From the NCBI GenBank assembly GCA_050298595.1, contig JBNKUM010000100.1, positions 32,001-96,000 on the forward strand: a stretch of 64,000 bases of DNA, given 5' to 3'. A program made the translations under genes and the position numbers. Origin of the DNA: Gammaproteobacteria bacterium (GTDB lineage Bacteria; Pseudomonadota; Gammaproteobacteria; GCA-001735895). Of the stretch, positions 1 through 11,516 are shown in pieces. A model generated the notes under the pieces. That model ran no database searches. It was given only the letters and a program-made list of their open reading frames with translations, and was not told the DNA's origin. Numbering within the stretch: the stretch's first letter is position 1; every line of letters starts with the position of its first letter.

Positions 1-2499
1 GAAGCCCAGTCGCGTTACATCAAGGCGATTGGTAAAGGATTGAAGAAGGTTATGTCGAAGATGGGTATCTCTACCTATCAGTCTTACTGTGGCGCGCAGA
101 TTTTTGATGCCGTGGGTCTGTCATCCGAATTTGTTGAACAGTATTTTACTGGCACAGCGACCCGCATTGAGGGTATAGGTCTGGCTGAAGTGGCGGATGA
201 TACCCTGCGCTGGCACGACAAGGGTTATGGCAATGCGATGATTTATCAGCAACATCTTGATGTAGGTGGTGACTATGCCTACAGGCTGAGAGGTGAAGAT
301 CATGTGTGGACGCCAGAAACCATTTCGAAATTACAGCATGCGACGCGTAAGAATGACTGGTCGACCTTCGAGCAATATTCAAAAGCCATTAATGAGCAGG
401 ACAGGCTGTTACTGACCTTGCGTGGATTATTCGAATTCAATTTCGATGCTACAGCCGTGCCGCTAGAGGAAGTTGAACCGGCCAAAGAAATCGTCAAACG
501 CTTTGCCACCGGAGCGATGTCTTTCGGTTCTATCTCTGCCGAAGCGCATTCGACGCTCGCGATTGCGATGAATTCTATCGGTGGCAAGTCGAATACCGGT
601 GAAGGTGGAGAAGAGGTAGAACGTTTTGCACCTCTGCCAGATGGCAGCATGAACCCCATGCGTTCGGCTATCAAACAGGTTGCTTCCGGACGTTTTGGTG
701 TAACCACTGAATATCTGGTGAACTCTGACGATATACAGATCAAGATGGCACAGGGTGCCAAGCCGGGTGAAGGTGGTCAGTTGCCGGGTCATAAAGTTAA
801 TCAGCAGATTGCACGGGTGCGTCATTCGACTCAGGGTGTTGGTCTGATTTCACCACCACCGCATCACGATATCTACTCAATCGAGGATCTGGCGCAACTA
901 ATCCATGATCTGAAAAATGTACAACCTGCTGCGCGCATCAGCGTGAAGCTGGTTTCCGAGGTGGGTGTAGGTACGGTTGCTGCAGGTGTTTCCAAGGCGC
1001 ATGCCGATCATGTCACGATCTCGGGTTACGATGGTGGCACCGGCGCAAGCCCTCTGACTTCGCTCAAGCATGCCGGTTCCCCCTGGGAAATCGGGCTGGC
1101 TGAAACCCATCAGACACTGGTATTGAATCGTCTGCGTAGTCGTATTGCGGTACAGGTCGATGGTGGTCTGCGAACTGGACGTGATGTCGTGATAGGTGCC
1201 TTACTGGGTGCTGATGAATTTGGTTTTGCCACGGCGCCGCTGATTGTAGAAGGCTGCCTGATGATGCGTAAGTGCCATCTCAATACCTGTCCGGTGGGAG
1301 TCGCTACTCAGGATCCTGAACTGCGTCGCCGCTTTACCGGCAAGCCCGAGCATGTGGTGAATTATTTCTTCTTCGTTGCAGAAGAGGTGCGCCGTCTAAT
1401 GGCCAGTCTGGGGTATCGAAAATTCGAAGACATGATTGGTCAGGTAGATCGTCTGGATATGCGTAAGGCGATACAGCATTCTAAAGCCAGTGGACTGGAT
1501 TACAGTAGCCTGCTGTATAAGCCGCAGGCGTCTGAAGGTGACTCTATCTATCATACTGAAGCACAGGATCACGGGCTTGATCAGGCTCTGGATAATGAAT
1601 TGATCCGTCAGGCTCAGCCCGCACTGGAAAAGGGCGAAGCGGTCAGGATTGATATCGATATCCATAACTACAACCGAACCTTTGGCACCATGTTGTCAGG
1701 TCGTCTGGCCGAGAAATATGGCCATGCAGGATTGCCCGATGATACGGTTTACATCAAGGCCAAAGGCACAGCCGGTCAATCATTAGGCGCCTGGTTAACC
1801 CAGGGTGTGACCATTGAGCTGGAAGGTGAAGGTAATGACTATGTTGGCAAGGGGCTGTCTGGTGGTCGTCTGGTGATCTACCCACCCAGAGAATCTGCAA
1901 TTGGCAAGGCTGAAGAGAATATCATAGTCGGTAATACCGTCATGTATGGTGCAATCTGTGGTGAAAGTTATTTCAACGGCGTCGCCGGTGAGCGCTTCTG
2001 TGTGCGTAACTCGGGTGCAACGGCCGTGGTTGAGGGTGTCGGTGATCATGGTTGTGAATACATGACTGGTGGTGTCGTAGTTTGTCTGGGATCAACGGGT
2101 CGTAACTTCGCAGCTGGTATGTCGGGCGGTATCGCCTATGTACTCGATACAGCCGGTGATTTCGAGCAACGTTGTAATCTGGCCCAGGTCGAACTTGAAC
2201 CGATCGAAGAAGAAGATATTGCGCTGGAGAAACTGGATCATCAGGGCGGTGATCTGGAAACGCATGGTCGCGTCGATGTCAGTCACGATATGACACGCTT
2301 TGATGCAATCCGCCTCAAGCAGTTGATCGAGAATCATCAGCATTACACCAATAGTAGTGTCGCTGCGAATATCCTTGAAAACTGGGATGAATACCTGCCC
2401 AGATTTGTCAAGGTCATGCCGGTCGAATATCGTCGTGCCTTGAAGGAGATGCAATTACGTCAACAAGCCACCACAGATGCTGTTACAGGAGGCCAATAA
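1..2499 (+). CDS. gltB: Glutamate synthase large subunit (5'-truncated by window edge)
   Basis: Frame open from base 1 ([13 protein letters not shown]...). Motifs [31 protein letters not shown], 3Fe-4[16 protein letters not shown] and C-terminal GXGXG repeats. Confidence 0.98.
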   Translation, partial: EAQSRYIKAIGKGLKKVMSKMGISTYQSYCGAQIFDAVGLSSEFVEQYFTGTATRIEGIGLAEVADDTLRWHDKGYGNAMIYQQHLDVGGDYAYRLRGEDHVWTPETISKLQHATRKNDWSTFEQYSKAINEQDRLLLTLRGLFEFNFDATAVPLEEVEPAKEIVKRFATGAMSFGSISAEAHSTLAIAMNSIGGKSNTGEGGEEVERFAPLPDGSMNPMRSAIKQVASGRFGVTTEYLVNSDDIQIKMAQGAKPGEGGQLPGHKVNQQIARVRHSTQGVGLISPPPHHDIYSIEDLAQLIHDLKNVQPAARISVKLVSEVGVGTVAAGVSKAHADHVTISGYDGGTGASPLTSLKHAGSPWEIGLAETHQTLVLNRLRSRIAVQVDGGLRTGRDVVIGALLGADEFGFATAPLIVEGCLMMRKCHLNTCPVGVATQDPELRRRFTGKPEHVVNYFFFVAEEVRRLMASLGYRKFEDMIGQVDRLDMRKAIQHSKASGLDYSSLLYKPQASEGDSIYHTEAQDHGLDQALDNELIRQAQPALEKGEAVRIDIDIHNYNRTFGTMLSGRLAEKYGHAGLPDDTVYIKAKGTAGQSLGAWLTQGVTIELEGEGNDYVGKGLSGGRLVIYPPRESAIGKAEENIIVGNTVMYGAICGESYFNGVAGERFCVRNSGATAVVEGVGDHGCEYMTGGVVVCLGSTGRNFAAGMSGGIAYVLDTAGDFEQRCNLAQVELEPIEEEDIALEKLDHQGGDLETHGRVDVSHDMTRFDAIRLKQLIENHQHYTNSSVAANILENWDEYLPRFVKVMPVEYRRALKEMQLRQQATTDAVTGGQ

Positions 2500-2501
2500 T
2501 C

Positions 2502-3956
2502 ATGGGTAAGCCAACAGGTTTCATGGAATACGATCGTCAGGACCGCACATACGGACCGGTAGGCGACCGTCTTAATCATTACAATGAGTTTGTTATTGAA
2601 CTGTCTCCCAGTGAGATGAATCAACAGGCTGCGCGTTGTATGGATTGTGGAATACCTTTCTGCCATTGCGGTTGTCCAGTGAATAACATCATCCCCGACT
2701 GGAATGATCTGGTGTATAAGGGGCAGTGGCAGGAAGCGATCTCTTTACTGCACTCAACCAATAACTTCCCTGAGTTTACTGGCCGCATCTGCCCCGCGCC
2801 GTGTGAGGCTTCCTGTACGCTAAACATTCAGGATGCTCCGGTAACGATCAAAACGATTGAATGCGCTATCGTTGATCATGCCTGGCAGGAAGGCTGGATA
2901 CAGCCAGAGGTGGCTGAACACAGAACCGATAAAAAGATTGCTGTAGTTGGCTCAGGACCAGCAGGTATGGCCGCTTCACAACAACTTGCGCGTGCCGGTC
3001 ATCTGGCGATCCTGTTTGAAAAGGAAGATCAGATTGGTGGTCTTTTGCGCTACGGTATCCCTGATTTTAAACTCAACAAAAAGCTCATTGATCGCCGTAT
3101 GGGCCAGATGCGTACCGAAGGGGTGAAATTCCGCTGTAATACCCATATCGGTGTGGATGTGCCTGCGCAAACCCTGCTGGATGATTTTGATGCGGTGATA
3201 CTAGCGGGTGGTTCTGAAGTACCACGCGACCTGGCTGTACCAGGTCGAGAGTTGAAAGGCGTACATTTTGCCATGGATTTTCTACGCGCTAACAGCAAGG
3301 TGATACAGGATAGACCCGAAGCCTTAGATCATTTAATCAGTGCTACCGGTAAACATGTGGTGGTGATTGGTGGTGGTGATACCGGCTCTGATTGTATTGG
3401 CACATCCAATCGTCATGGCGCGTTATCGGTCACCCAGATTGAAATCATGCCACAACCGCCGGAGAAAGAAGATAAAAGCATTACCTGGCCCGAATGGCCC
3501 AACAAGATGCGTACCTCCAGTTCGCAGGAAGAGGGCTGTGAACGCATGTGGTCTGTGGCCACCAAAGCGTTTATCGATGACGGTGAGGGCAATGTGAAAG
3601 CCGTACAATGCATCAGGGTTGAATGGAGCCAGGATGATCAGGGACGCTGGAATATGTCTGAGGTCGCGGGTTCTGAATTCGAACTTCAGGCCGACCTGGT
3701 GACTCTGGCTATGGGCTTTGTACATCCGGTGCATGCTGGCATGCTGGAGCAACTGGGAGTGGATCTGGATGCGCGTGGTAATGTTGCTGCAACTACAGAA
3801 GGTGAAGGTTGTTACCAGACTTCAGTACCTCAGGTGTTTACTGCCGGTGATATGCGCAGAGGCCAGTCGCTGGTGGTGTGGGCTATCCGTGAAGGACGCC
3901 AGTGCGCACGTGCGGTGGATGAGTATCTGATGGGGCAGAGCGACCTGCCTGCCTGA
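2502..3956 (+). CDS. gltD: Glutamate synthase small subunit
   Basis: MGKPTGF start, [25 protein letters not shown] and GGGDTGSDC motifs; directly follows gltB. Confidence 0.98.
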   Translation: MGKPTGFMEYDRQDRTYGPVGDRLNHYNEFVIELSPSEMNQQAARCMDCGIPFCHCGCPVNNIIPDWNDLVYKGQWQEAISLLHSTNNFPEFTGRICPAPCEASCTLNIQDAPVTIKTIECAIVDHAWQEGWIQPEVAEHRTDKKIAVVGSGPAGMAASQQLARAGHLAILFEKEDQIGGLLRYGIPDFKLNKKLIDRRMGQMRTEGVKFRCNTHIGVDVPAQTLLDDFDAVILAGGSEVPRDLAVPGRELKGVHFAMDFLRANSKVIQDRPEALDHLISATGKHVVVIGGGDTGSDCIGTSNRHGALSVTQIEIMPQPPEKEDKSITWPEWPNKMRTSSSQEEGCERMWSVATKAFIDDGEGNVKAVQCIRVEWSQDDQGRWNMSEVAGSEFELQADLVTLAMGFVHPVHAGMLEQLGVDLDARGNVAATTEGEGCYQTSVPQVFTAGDMRRGQSLVVWAIREGRQCARAVDEYLMGQSDLPA

Positions 3957-3990
3957 GGTAAAGTGTAAATCTTTATCCGATGTGCTTCAG

Positions 3991-4017
3991 ACCGCCAGCA
4001 AAAAAGCTGGCGGTTTT
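3991..4017. terminator. Stem-loop between convergent gltD and zwf
   Basis: accgccagc-aaaaaa-gctggcggt (perfect 9-bp stem) followed by ttt. Confidence 0.6.
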
Positions 4018-4030
4018 GCTTATGAGCGAG

Positions 4031-5527
4031 TTAATCACACTCATAACAATTCTCTATCTCCAGACTATGCCGCCATTGCTGCTCAGCCTTATCGAAAATT
4101 CTGCGGCTTTCTTTTGGCCCCCAACTGCCAGCCGGGTAGGTGTGTATATAGTCCCGTTCTGTTGACCAGCTACGCAAAATCGGGTCAACCACAGCCCACA
4201 GATATTCCACTTCATCGTAACGCAGAAAAAGTGAGCGGTCGCCTTCGATGACATCGAGCAGTAAATCTTCGTAGGCATCGGTTTTTTGTTCGCCTAAATG
4301 GTGAAAGCTGGCATCAAGTGAGGTTTGACGGGTTTTCATTTCCAGACCGGGTTCTTTCACGGTCATTTGCATACGTAGGCTATCTTCGGGCTGGATGCCT
4401 AAAATAACCCAGTTACGATGCATTTGTTCAACATTGGTGTGTCTGAAAAATTGCTTGGGTGGTTTACGAAAACAGATAGAAACAGATGACTGATCTTTAG
4501 CCATTGCCTTGCCTGTGCGCAAATAAATGGGTACACCTCGCCAGCGCCAGTTGTCTATATAGATTTTTAGGGCGGCATAGGTTTCGGTGACACTTTCCGA
4601 GGATATATTGTCTTCCTCTCGGTAACCCTTAACTGTTTTACCATTTACCTGACCTTTCGTGTACTGGGCACGAAAGCTATGGGCATCAACAGCATTCTGT
4701 GGAATTGGGCGTATGGATTTAAGTACCTTAACTTTTTCATCACGTAATGACTCTGCTTCCATATCGACTGGAGGTTCCATGGTTACCAGCGTTAACAGCT
4801 GCAGAAGGTGTGATTGAATCATGTCGCGCATAGCGCCGGTACCATCGTAAAAATTGCCACGACTACCGACGCCAAAACTTTCTGAATGGGTGATTTGAAT
4901 ATGATCGATATAATTTCGATTCCATAGAGGTTCCATCATTACATTGGCGAAACGAAAAACCAGCACGTTTTGCACGGTTCCCTTACCCAGATAGTGGTCA
5001 ATGCGGTAAATCTGATCTTCAGTGAGGTATCGAGATAATCGGTGATGTAGGGCTTTGGCACTTTCCAGGTTATAGCCAAAAGGTTTTTCAACAACAACGC
5101 GTTTCCATCCATGTGTCTCATCCATCAAGTTCGCCTTGCTGAGGTTTTCTACCACCAGACCAAATTCAGCCGGGCGAATTGACATATAGTAAATGACATT
5201 GCCTGGGTAGGTGCAATCGGCACATAGCTCTTTTTCAAGTCTCTGGTACATATCAAAATCATTTAAATCACCCTCAAAGTAATCGATACGCTCTGCAAAG
5301 CGTTTAAACAGGGTTTCATCGATACCACCTCGCGCCTTGACCTCAACCCATTGATGGATTTGCTCAATGCAATAATCCTGTGTCCAGTCGCGCCGTCCGA
5401 TAAATATGATGCGTGTTTGATCTGACAATTTTGCGGCACAATCAAGATGATACAGAGCGGGCATAAGCTTGAGTCGGGACAGGTTGCCTGTTGCGCCGAA
5501 AATGACATAGGTGCAGTGATCAATCAT
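4031..5527 (-). CDS. zwf: Glucose-6-phosphate 1-dehydrogenase
   Basis: IFGATGNL, EKPFG, RIDHYLGK and RWRGVPIYLRTGK motifs. Confidence 0.97.
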   Translation of the reverse strand: MIDHCTYVIFGATGNLSRLKLMPALYHLDCAAKLSDQTRIIFIGRRDWTQDYCIEQIHQWVEVKARGGIDETLFKRFAERIDYFEGDLNDFDMYQRLEKELCADCTYPGNVIYYMSIRPAEFGLVVENLSKANLMDETHGWKRVVVEKPFGYNLESAKALHHRLSRYLTEDQIYRIDHYLGKGTVQNVLVFRFANVMMEPLWNRNYIDHIQITHSESFGVGSRGNFYDGTGAMRDMIQSHLLQLLTLVTMEPPVDMEAESLRDEKVKVLKSIRPIPQNAVDAHSFRAQYTKGQVNGKTVKGYREEDNISSESVTETYAALKIYIDNWRWRGVPIYLRTGKAMAKDQSSVSICFRKPPKQFFRHTNVEQMHRNWVILGIQPEDSLRMQMTVKEPGLEMKTRQTSLDASFHHLGEQKTDAYEDLLLDVIEGDRSLFLRYDEVEYLWAVVDPILRSWSTERDYIHTYPAGSWGPKESRRIFDKAEQQWRHSLEIENCYECD

Positions 5528-5555
5528 AAGATTCTCGTAAAACTAAAGAGTAATG

Positions 5556-7004
5556 TTAAACATCGTAACGCGAAGATGAGACATCTCCGCCGCTTCCTGT
5601 CCAGTTGGTATGAAAGTATTCGCCACGCGGTTTATCGACGCGTTCGTAGGTGTGAGCACCAAAATAATCGCGCTGCGCCTGCAGCAGGTTAGCGGGTAAT
5701 CGGCCTCTACGGTAACCATCATAAAAGGAAAGCGCTGAGCTGAAGGTGGGAACGGGTATGCCGAGCTGTATCGCTAGTTGTACCGTTTTTCGCCAGCCGG
5801 GTTCTGCCTGTTTGATGGCGCTGCTAAAAAATGAATCCAGCAGCAGGTTTTCTAGCTGAGGATTTTTCTCATAAGCCTGTTTAATGTTTTTCAGAAAAGC
5901 ACTGCGAATAATACAGCCACCGCGCCACATCAGGGCTATGGCACCATAATCCAGTGTCCAGCCGTATTCCCTGGCTGCCTCTCGCATCAGCATAAAACCC
6001 TGAGCGTAGGAAATGATTTTAGAGGCATATAAGGCATCATGCAGATCGCTGATCACCTGTTTCTGATCGCCTGTCCATTCAACTGCCGGGCTTCCGAGCA
6101 CTGTCTCTGCTTTTACTCGCTCATCTTTGATGGCGGACAGGCAACGTGCAAATACGGCTTCTCCAATCAGGGTAAGCGGGATGCCCAGATCCAGTGCATT
6201 GATACCGGTCCATTTACCGGTGCCTTTCTGCCCGGCGCTATCCATGATTTTATCCAGTAACGGTGATCCATCTTCATCCTTGACCGGTAATATGTTGGCG
6301 GTGATTTCGATCAAGTAAGAGTCCAGTACACCCTGGTTCCACTCTGAAAATACATCATGCATGGCGTCAACATCGATACCGAGACCTTCACCCATTAAAT
6401 GATAGGCTTCACAGATGAGTTGCATGTCACCGTATTCAATGCCGTTATGCACCATCTTGACATAATGCCCTGAGCCTTCTTCGCCTACCCATTGGCAGCA
6501 GGCATCGCCATCTACTTTGGCTGAGATGGCCTGGAATATATCTTTTACATGAGGCCAGGCCTCAGGGTTGCCACCGGGCATGATAGAGGGACCGTGGCGC
6601 GCACCTTCTTCACCGCCGGAAACGCCACTACCTATATACAGCAAGCCCTGCTGTTCCAGTTCTTTACTGCGTCGTACCGTATCGGTAAACAGTGAGTTAC
6701 CGCCATCGATAATAATGTCACCTTTGTCCAGTAAAGGGATCAACTGCTGGATGAAGTGGTCAACCACTTCACCTGCCTTAACCATCAACATGACCTTGCG
6801 GGGTGATTTGAGTGATGCAATAAATGTCTCTAATGAATGAAACCCTGTGACATTGCTACCACTAGCGGCACCCGCAAGAAATTCATCTACCTTGTGTGTT
6901 GTTCGGTTGTAGACCGAGACCTTGAAACCATGATCATTCATATTCATGACCAGGTTCTGCCCCATCACAGCCAGACCGATTAAACCGATATCAGCATCAG
7001 ACAT
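5556..7004 (-). CDS. gnd: 6-phosphogluconate dehydrogenase (NADP+, decarboxylating)
   Basis: [29 protein letters not shown] and [12 protein letters not shown] motifs. Confidence 0.98.
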   Translation of the reverse strand: MSDADIGLIGLAVMGQNLVMNMNDHGFKVSVYNRTTHKVDEFLAGAASGSNVTGFHSLETFIASLKSPRKVMLMVKAGEVVDHFIQQLIPLLDKGDIIIDGGNSLFTDTVRRSKELEQQGLLYIGSGVSGGEEGARHGPSIMPGGNPEAWPHVKDIFQAISAKVDGDACCQWVGEEGSGHYVKMVHNGIEYGDMQLICEAYHLMGEGLGIDVDAMHDVFSEWNQGVLDSYLIEITANILPVKDEDGSPLLDKIMDSAGQKGTGKWTGINALDLGIPLTLIGEAVFARCLSAIKDERVKAETVLGSPAVEWTGDQKQVISDLHDALYASKIISYAQGFMLMREAAREYGWTLDYGAIALMWRGGCIIRSAFLKNIKQAYEKNPQLENLLLDSFFSSAIKQAEPGWRKTVQLAIQLGIPVPTFSSALSFYDGYRRGRLPANLLQAQRDYFGAHTYERVDKPRGEYFHTNWTGSGGDVSSSRYDV

Positions 7005-7175
7005 TATTTATTCCTTTGGTTTACTTTTGATATCAGTATATGGGCTTTGTTATTCGGCGGGCAACCATTTAGATGATATTCAGGGGTACAAAATACAGCT
7101 CGAGCTGCTGGTCCCTCTTGCATTGATGGCCATTTTAATCCAGTCTTCAATCTGTAGATTATAGGTGATCAAATT

Positions 7176-7442
7176 ATGGCTAGTGGTTGGGCTCCAGACG
7201 GAGCTGTGCAGGATCAAATAGATGCCAGCGTAGATGATGCGGTAAAACAGGCGCGTAGTCGCTTACCTAAAGGTGAAGGGCTGTCCCATTGCGAAGAATG
7301 TGCTGCTGAGATTCCTTTAGCACGTCGTAACGCGATCCCAGGTGTACGCCTGTGTGTGGGCTGCCAGTCGATACTCGATGAACAGCAGAGCTGCAATCAG
7401 GGCTATAACCGGCGCGGCAGTAAGGATAGTCAGTTGCGCTAG
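7176..7442 (+). CDS. ybiI: DksA/TraR C4-type zinc finger protein (YbiI-like)
   Basis: MASGWAPDGAVQDQID start, CxxC...CxxC, C-terminal NRRGSKDSQLR. Confidence 0.9.
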   Translation: MASGWAPDGAVQDQIDASVDDAVKQARSRLPKGEGLSHCEECAAEIPLARRNAIPGVRLCVGCQSILDEQQSCNQGYNRRGSKDSQLR

Positions 7443-7504
7443 GTCTGGCGAGGTACTATAAAAGACCAGTTATTATGCGGTGTAAAAGAATATTTATTCG
7501 CCTC

Positions 7505-7545
7505 GCTCTGAGAATTCATGGGTGAATGATTCAGAGCCTCTTTTT
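7505..7545 (+). terminator. Stem-loop plus U-tract upstream of upp (terminator or attenuator)
   Basis: gctctga...tcagagc stem with inner attca/tgaat pairing, followed by ctcttttt. Confidence 0.4.
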
Positions 7546-7578
7546 AAATTTTAAAACTCTCCAACACGAGGATTATTA

Positions 7579-8205
7579 ATGGCTATTCATGTCGCCAGTC
7601 ACCCCCTGATTCAACATAAGTTGGGTCTGCTTAGAAAAGATGGCATCAGTACCAAAAGTTTCCGCCAGCTTGCCAGTGAAGTTTCCATGCTGCTTACCTA
7701 TGAAGCCACCAATGATTTACCGCTGGAAACCACAACCATTAAGGGATGGGATGGAGATGTCACCATTCAGCAGATTAAAGGAAAAAAAATAACCATCGTG
7801 CCTATCTTGAGAGCTGGTCTGGGTATGCTTGATGGTGTAGTCGAGCTTATTCCCAGTGCCCGCATCAGCGTGGTCGGGCTGTATCGCAATGAAGAAACTC
7901 TGGAACCGGTGCCCTATTTTGAAAAGCTCGTTGCCAATATGGAAGAGCGTATGGCCCTGATAGTTGATCCTATGCTCGCTACTGGCGGCTCATTCAATGC
8001 AGCGGTAGACATGGTTAAAAAAACGGGTTGTAAGGATATCCGTGGGCTTTTTCTGGTTGCGGCACCCGAAGGCATCGAAGCCGTCCAAAAACAACACCCG
8101 GATGTTGAGATTTATATCGCCGCCGTCGATGATCATTTGAATGAAAACGGATATATCATCCCCGGCCTCGGTGATGCCGGTGACAAGTTGTTTGGCACCA
8201 AATAG
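7579..8205 (+). CDS. upp: Uracil phosphoribosyltransferase
   Basis: [29 protein letters not shown] and [11 protein letters not shown] motifs. Confidence 0.98.
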   Translation: MAIHVASHPLIQHKLGLLRKDGISTKSFRQLASEVSMLLTYEATNDLPLETTTIKGWDGDVTIQQIKGKKITIVPILRAGLGMLDGVVELIPSARISVVGLYRNEETLEPVPYFEKLVANMEERMALIVDPMLATGGSFNAAVDMVKKTGCKDIRGLFLVAAPEGIEAVQKQHPDVEIYIAAVDDHLNENGYIIPGLGDAGDKLFGTK

Positions 8206-8230
8206 ATTTTAGTAAACCTTTGAGAATAAA

Positions 8231-9475
8231 TTGATGAATTCAGCAAGCAGTACACAAAATCCTCTTCAAAATGCCATCCTGGGTGCTCAAATGCTATTTG
8301 TAGCTTTTGGTGCACTGGTGCTGGTGCCGATATTGACCGGCCTTGACCCCAATGTCGCATTGTTTACCGCCGGTATGGGTACCCTGATATTCCAGCTGGT
8401 CACCAGACGTCAGGTTCCCATATTCCTGGCATCTTCTTTTGCTTTTATTGCGCCGATTATTTACGGTGTAAAAACCTGGGGCATTGCTTCAACCATGTCA
8501 GGTTTAATAGCTGCAGGTTTGCTGTATGCGCTATTGAGTGGATTGATCAAGCTTAAGGGCGCTGAAATAATTGACCGCTATCTGCCACCGATAGTGGTAG
8601 GGCCTGTCATTATCGTCATTGGCCTGAGCCTTGCTCCGGTAGGGATTTTCATGGCGCTTGGGAAAACTGGGGATGGTTCTTTTGAGCTGGTTGCTCATGA
8701 TACGGCACTGACTATTTCAATGATTACTCTGGTGACTACTATTCTGGCGTCTTTCCTGGGTAAAGGTATGTTTAAGCTGATTCCGATTTTAATCGGCATT
8801 ATTGTTGGGTATATCACTTCGCTGTTTTTTGGCATTGTAAAGTTTGATGCAGTAGCCAGTGCGGCCTGGTTTTCTATGCCCCAATTTACTGCGCCGGAAT
8901 TTAATCTGGAAGCGATTCTGTATATCGTCCCAATCGCTATAGCTCCAGCCATAGAGCATGTGGGTGATATGGTTGCCATTAGCGCTGTTACCGGCAAAGA
9001 CTTTATTAAAAAGCCGGGGCTGCACCGCACGCTGCTGGGTGATGGGCTGGCTACTTCTGCGGCTGCTTTAGTTGGTGGTCCGCCAAATACTACGTATTCC
9101 GAAGTGACTGGTGCAGTGGCACTGACCAAAGCCTTTAATCCAGTAATTATGACCTGGGCGGCAGGCTTCGCAATTTTTCTGTCTTTTTCAGGCAAAACTG
9201 GAGCGATATTACAAAGCATACCTACACCGGTTATGGGTGGCATCATGACGCTGATGTTTGGTGCGATTGCAGCCATCGGTATGAATTCGCTGGTACGTTC
9301 AGGTGAAGATTTATCTGAAACCAGAAACATGGTCATTACCTCTCTGGTACTGGTATTTGGTCTGGGCGGTATGGCGCTGAACTATGGTGAATTCACCTTA
9401 CAGGGCATAGGCCTGTCGGCAATGGTTGCGATAGCGCTGAACATTATCCTGCCCAGGGCGAAAGCTGAAGCATAA
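8231..9475 (+). CDS. uraA: Uracil permease (NCS2 family)
   Basis: [26 protein letters not shown]2 signature, many TM helices; follows upp. Start may be ATG 8234. Confidence 0.95.
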   Translation: MMNSASSTQNPLQNAILGAQMLFVAFGALVLVPILTGLDPNVALFTAGMGTLIFQLVTRRQVPIFLASSFAFIAPIIYGVKTWGIASTMSGLIAAGLLYALLSGLIKLKGAEIIDRYLPPIVVGPVIIVIGLSLAPVGIFMALGKTGDGSFELVAHDTALTISMITLVTTILASFLGKGMFKLIPILIGIIVGYITSLFFGIVKFDAVASAAWFSMPQFTAPEFNLEAILYIVPIAIAPAIEHVGDMVAISAVTGKDFIKKPGLHRTLLGDGLATSAAALVGGPPNTTYSEVTGAVALTKAFNPVIMTWAAGFAIFLSFSGKTGAILQSIPTPVMGGIMTLMFGAIAAIGMNSLVRSGEDLSETRNMVITSLVLVFGLGGMALNYGEFTLQGIGLSAMVAIALNIILPRAKAEA

Positions 9476-9480
9476 GGCGC

Positions 9481-9520
9481 CTATAGCGATCAGGTAACGA
9501 CCTGGTCGCTATAGTTTTCT
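9481..9520 (+). terminator. Rho-independent terminator of upp-uraA
   Basis: ctatagcgatcaggt-aacg-acctggtcgctatag followed by ttttct. Confidence 0.8.
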
Positions 9521-9543
9521 CTATTGAATCAGATGACCAGCTT

Positions 9544-10224
9544 ATGGATTTGTTAGCCTTAGAACAGACACTCAAGGAAAGCCTACAGGATCACAGGCTT
9601 GATCAGGACGAGAAAGCCGTATTCAAGGCATTTTCAGAAACCCTTGATGATGAGGCATTAAGTTTTATACGTAATAAGGCTTTTGAGCTGAGCCGACCAG
9701 CCATTGAGTCAGGTGGCGCAGAGGCTATAAAGGTACTCAACTGGCTGCAGCGGGTGGTCAAAGCTATTCAGCCACAAAAACCAGCCGTCATCGAATCTGA
9801 GGCTTATTTCAGTCCGGGCAACAGTTGCAGAAACAGGATTAATAGCCTGTTACGAGCGGCCAGTAAGTCCGTTGATATCTGTGTGTTTACCATCTCAGAT
9901 AATGAAATTACCCAGTCGATTATAAAAGCACATCAGCGTGGTGTTGTGGTCACCATCATCAGTGATAACGACAAAGCCAGTGACACTGGAAGCGATATTC
10001 AGTTTTTAATGGATAAAGGCGTCAAAGTCCTGCTCGACCAATCGCCTTATCACATGCACCATAAGTTTGCGATATTTGATCAGCGAATTCTCTTGAATGG
10101 AAGCTTTAACTGGACGCTTAGTGCGACACAGTTAAATGAAGAAAATATACTGCTGACTTCTGATCCGAAGCTGGTATCAGCATTTTCGGAACAGTTTGAA
10201 AATTTGAAGAAAAATTTTTCTTAA
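9544..10224 (+). CDS. Phospholipase D-family (single HKD, Nuc-like) nuclease/phosphodiesterase with helical N-terminal domain
   Basis: HHKFAIFD (HxKxxxxD) ... GSFNWT ... NEEN motif set. Confidence 0.85.
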   Translation: MDLLALEQTLKESLQDHRLDQDEKAVFKAFSETLDDEALSFIRNKAFELSRPAIESGGAEAIKVLNWLQRVVKAIQPQKPAVIESEAYFSPGNSCRNRINSLLRAASKSVDICVFTISDNEITQSIIKAHQRGVVVTIISDNDKASDTGSDIQFLMDKGVKVLLDQSPYHMHHKFAIFDQRILLNGSFNWTLSATQLNEENILLTSDPKLVSAFSEQFENLKKNFS

Positions 10225-10261
10225 GGTGGCTTTCTGTGGCTGGAGTGATTACCAGCCCCTG

Positions 10262-10828
10262 TTAACAGGCTTTGGCAAGGATTGCCGCCAGTTCAGGCCG
10301 GTTTAATGCAATCTCTTCGTCGCTCAGCCCTTCCAGTGAATGGGGGTACTTAAGCCATTGCTCCGTTTCATAAAGATAATAATCGGGCGCGCGATCAGTT
10401 TGATTGCGGGTGGGTTTGTAATAAGGCACTGCAATTCTGATATCGCCTGGGGTGTTGCGTCTGGCCTGTTTTTTAATGTGATCAATAACCGCCTGGATGG
10501 TTTTGCCGGTGTCGAACACATCATCTACTAACAGAAGTCTATCTTCGTTACTACAGTTTTTTATCAGATAGTTGATGCCGTATACGGCGACTTCTTTGGC
10601 AGTGCTATCGACGTTGGCACTGGAGTAATAGGCAGTGCGAATAGCGATATGGTCTGTTTTGATATTGTGATACTGCAAAAACTCCTGCACCGCTATACCC
10701 ATTGGTACGCCGCCACGCCATAGGGCTACAATAAAGGTTGGCCTAAAGCCGCTATTAATTACCTGTGCTGCTAGCTTGAAAGAGTCTTCCAGCAGTGTCT
10801 GGGCATTCAGGTAGAGCTTATCGCCCAT
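10262..10828 (-). CDS. Type I phosphoribosyltransferase (purine PRT-like)
   Basis: ALWRGG loop, PRPP-binding motif LLLVDDVFDTGKT, C-terminal PDYY...W..YP. Confidence 0.88.
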   Translation of the reverse strand: MGDKLYLNAQTLLEDSFKLAAQVINSGFRPTFIVALWRGGVPMGIAVQEFLQYHNIKTDHIAIRTAYYSSANVDSTAKEVAVYGINYLIKNCSNEDRLLLVDDVFDTGKTIQAVIDHIKKQARRNTPGDIRIAVPYYKPTRNQTDRAPDYYLYETEQWLKYPHSLEGLSDEEIALNRPELAAILAKAC

Positions 10829-10908
10829 GATAAAACCTCATGAATAGGGTGAAAGTGATTCATTTTCTCAGTAGTATCTTCAGCACTGAAAAAAAGGTTA
10901 GACAGAAA

Positions 10909-11484
10909 ATGAGCAAGCAGTTTATCAAGGAGCAGCAGCTACTGGAAGATTCATTCCGCCTGGCGGTGGAAATATATAACAGTGGTTTTCGACCAACGGT
11001 TATTGTGGGCCTGTGGCGTGGAGGTAGTACGGTGGGGATTTATGTTCAGGAGTGCCTGCAACATCTGGGTGTGAAAACGCGCCACTTAGCCGCACGTACC
11101 TCTTATGAAGGTGCAGAGAGTTATCAGGACATGGTGGATAATCATGCGGATATCAAGATTCATGGGCTGCAATACCTGTATGAAACGCTGGAGTACGATG
11201 ATGCCCTGTTGATCGTAGATGATGTATTTAATTCCGGGCTCAATATTGATGCGGTGATCAACAAGCTGTCGTCCAGGACAAAACGTAATATGCCTGACGA
11301 AACGCGAGTGGCGACCATCTGGTTCAAGCCTGATAATAATCGTACGGATCGCAATCCAGATTACTATCTGCATACAACCAGCGACTGGCTGGTATTGCCC
11401 TATGAATTAACTGGCCTGGACTATGAAGAACTGATTACAAATAAACCGTTTTTGAAGCAGATACTGGAAAGTGTGAAGCCTTAA
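10909..11484 (+). CDS. Type I phosphoribosyltransferase, paralog of the divergent neighbour
   Basis: GLWRGG, LLIVDDVFNSGLN and PDYY motifs. Start set at ATG 10909 (MSKQFIKEQQLLEDSF) by alignment with the paralog. Confidence 0.88.
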   Translation: MSKQFIKEQQLLEDSFRLAVEIYNSGFRPTVIVGLWRGGSTVGIYVQECLQHLGVKTRHLAARTSYEGAESYQDMVDNHADIKIHGLQYLYETLEYDDALLIVDDVFNSGLNIDAVINKLSSRTKRNMPDETRVATIWFKPDNNRTDRNPDYYLHTTSDWLVLPYELTGLDYEELITNKPFLKQILESVKP

Positions 11485-11516
11485 CATTCGGCAAACAACT
11501 GGAGTAACAAACCACT

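Noticed and set aside
8695-9336. Long antisense ORFs over uraA, gltB, FAH, yehM-like and others
   Set aside because: Shadow frames of well-supported genes.
9544-10224. PLD protein as a defence-system nuclease
   Set aside because: Stand-alone gene in a metabolic context with no helicase, methylase or other defence partner.
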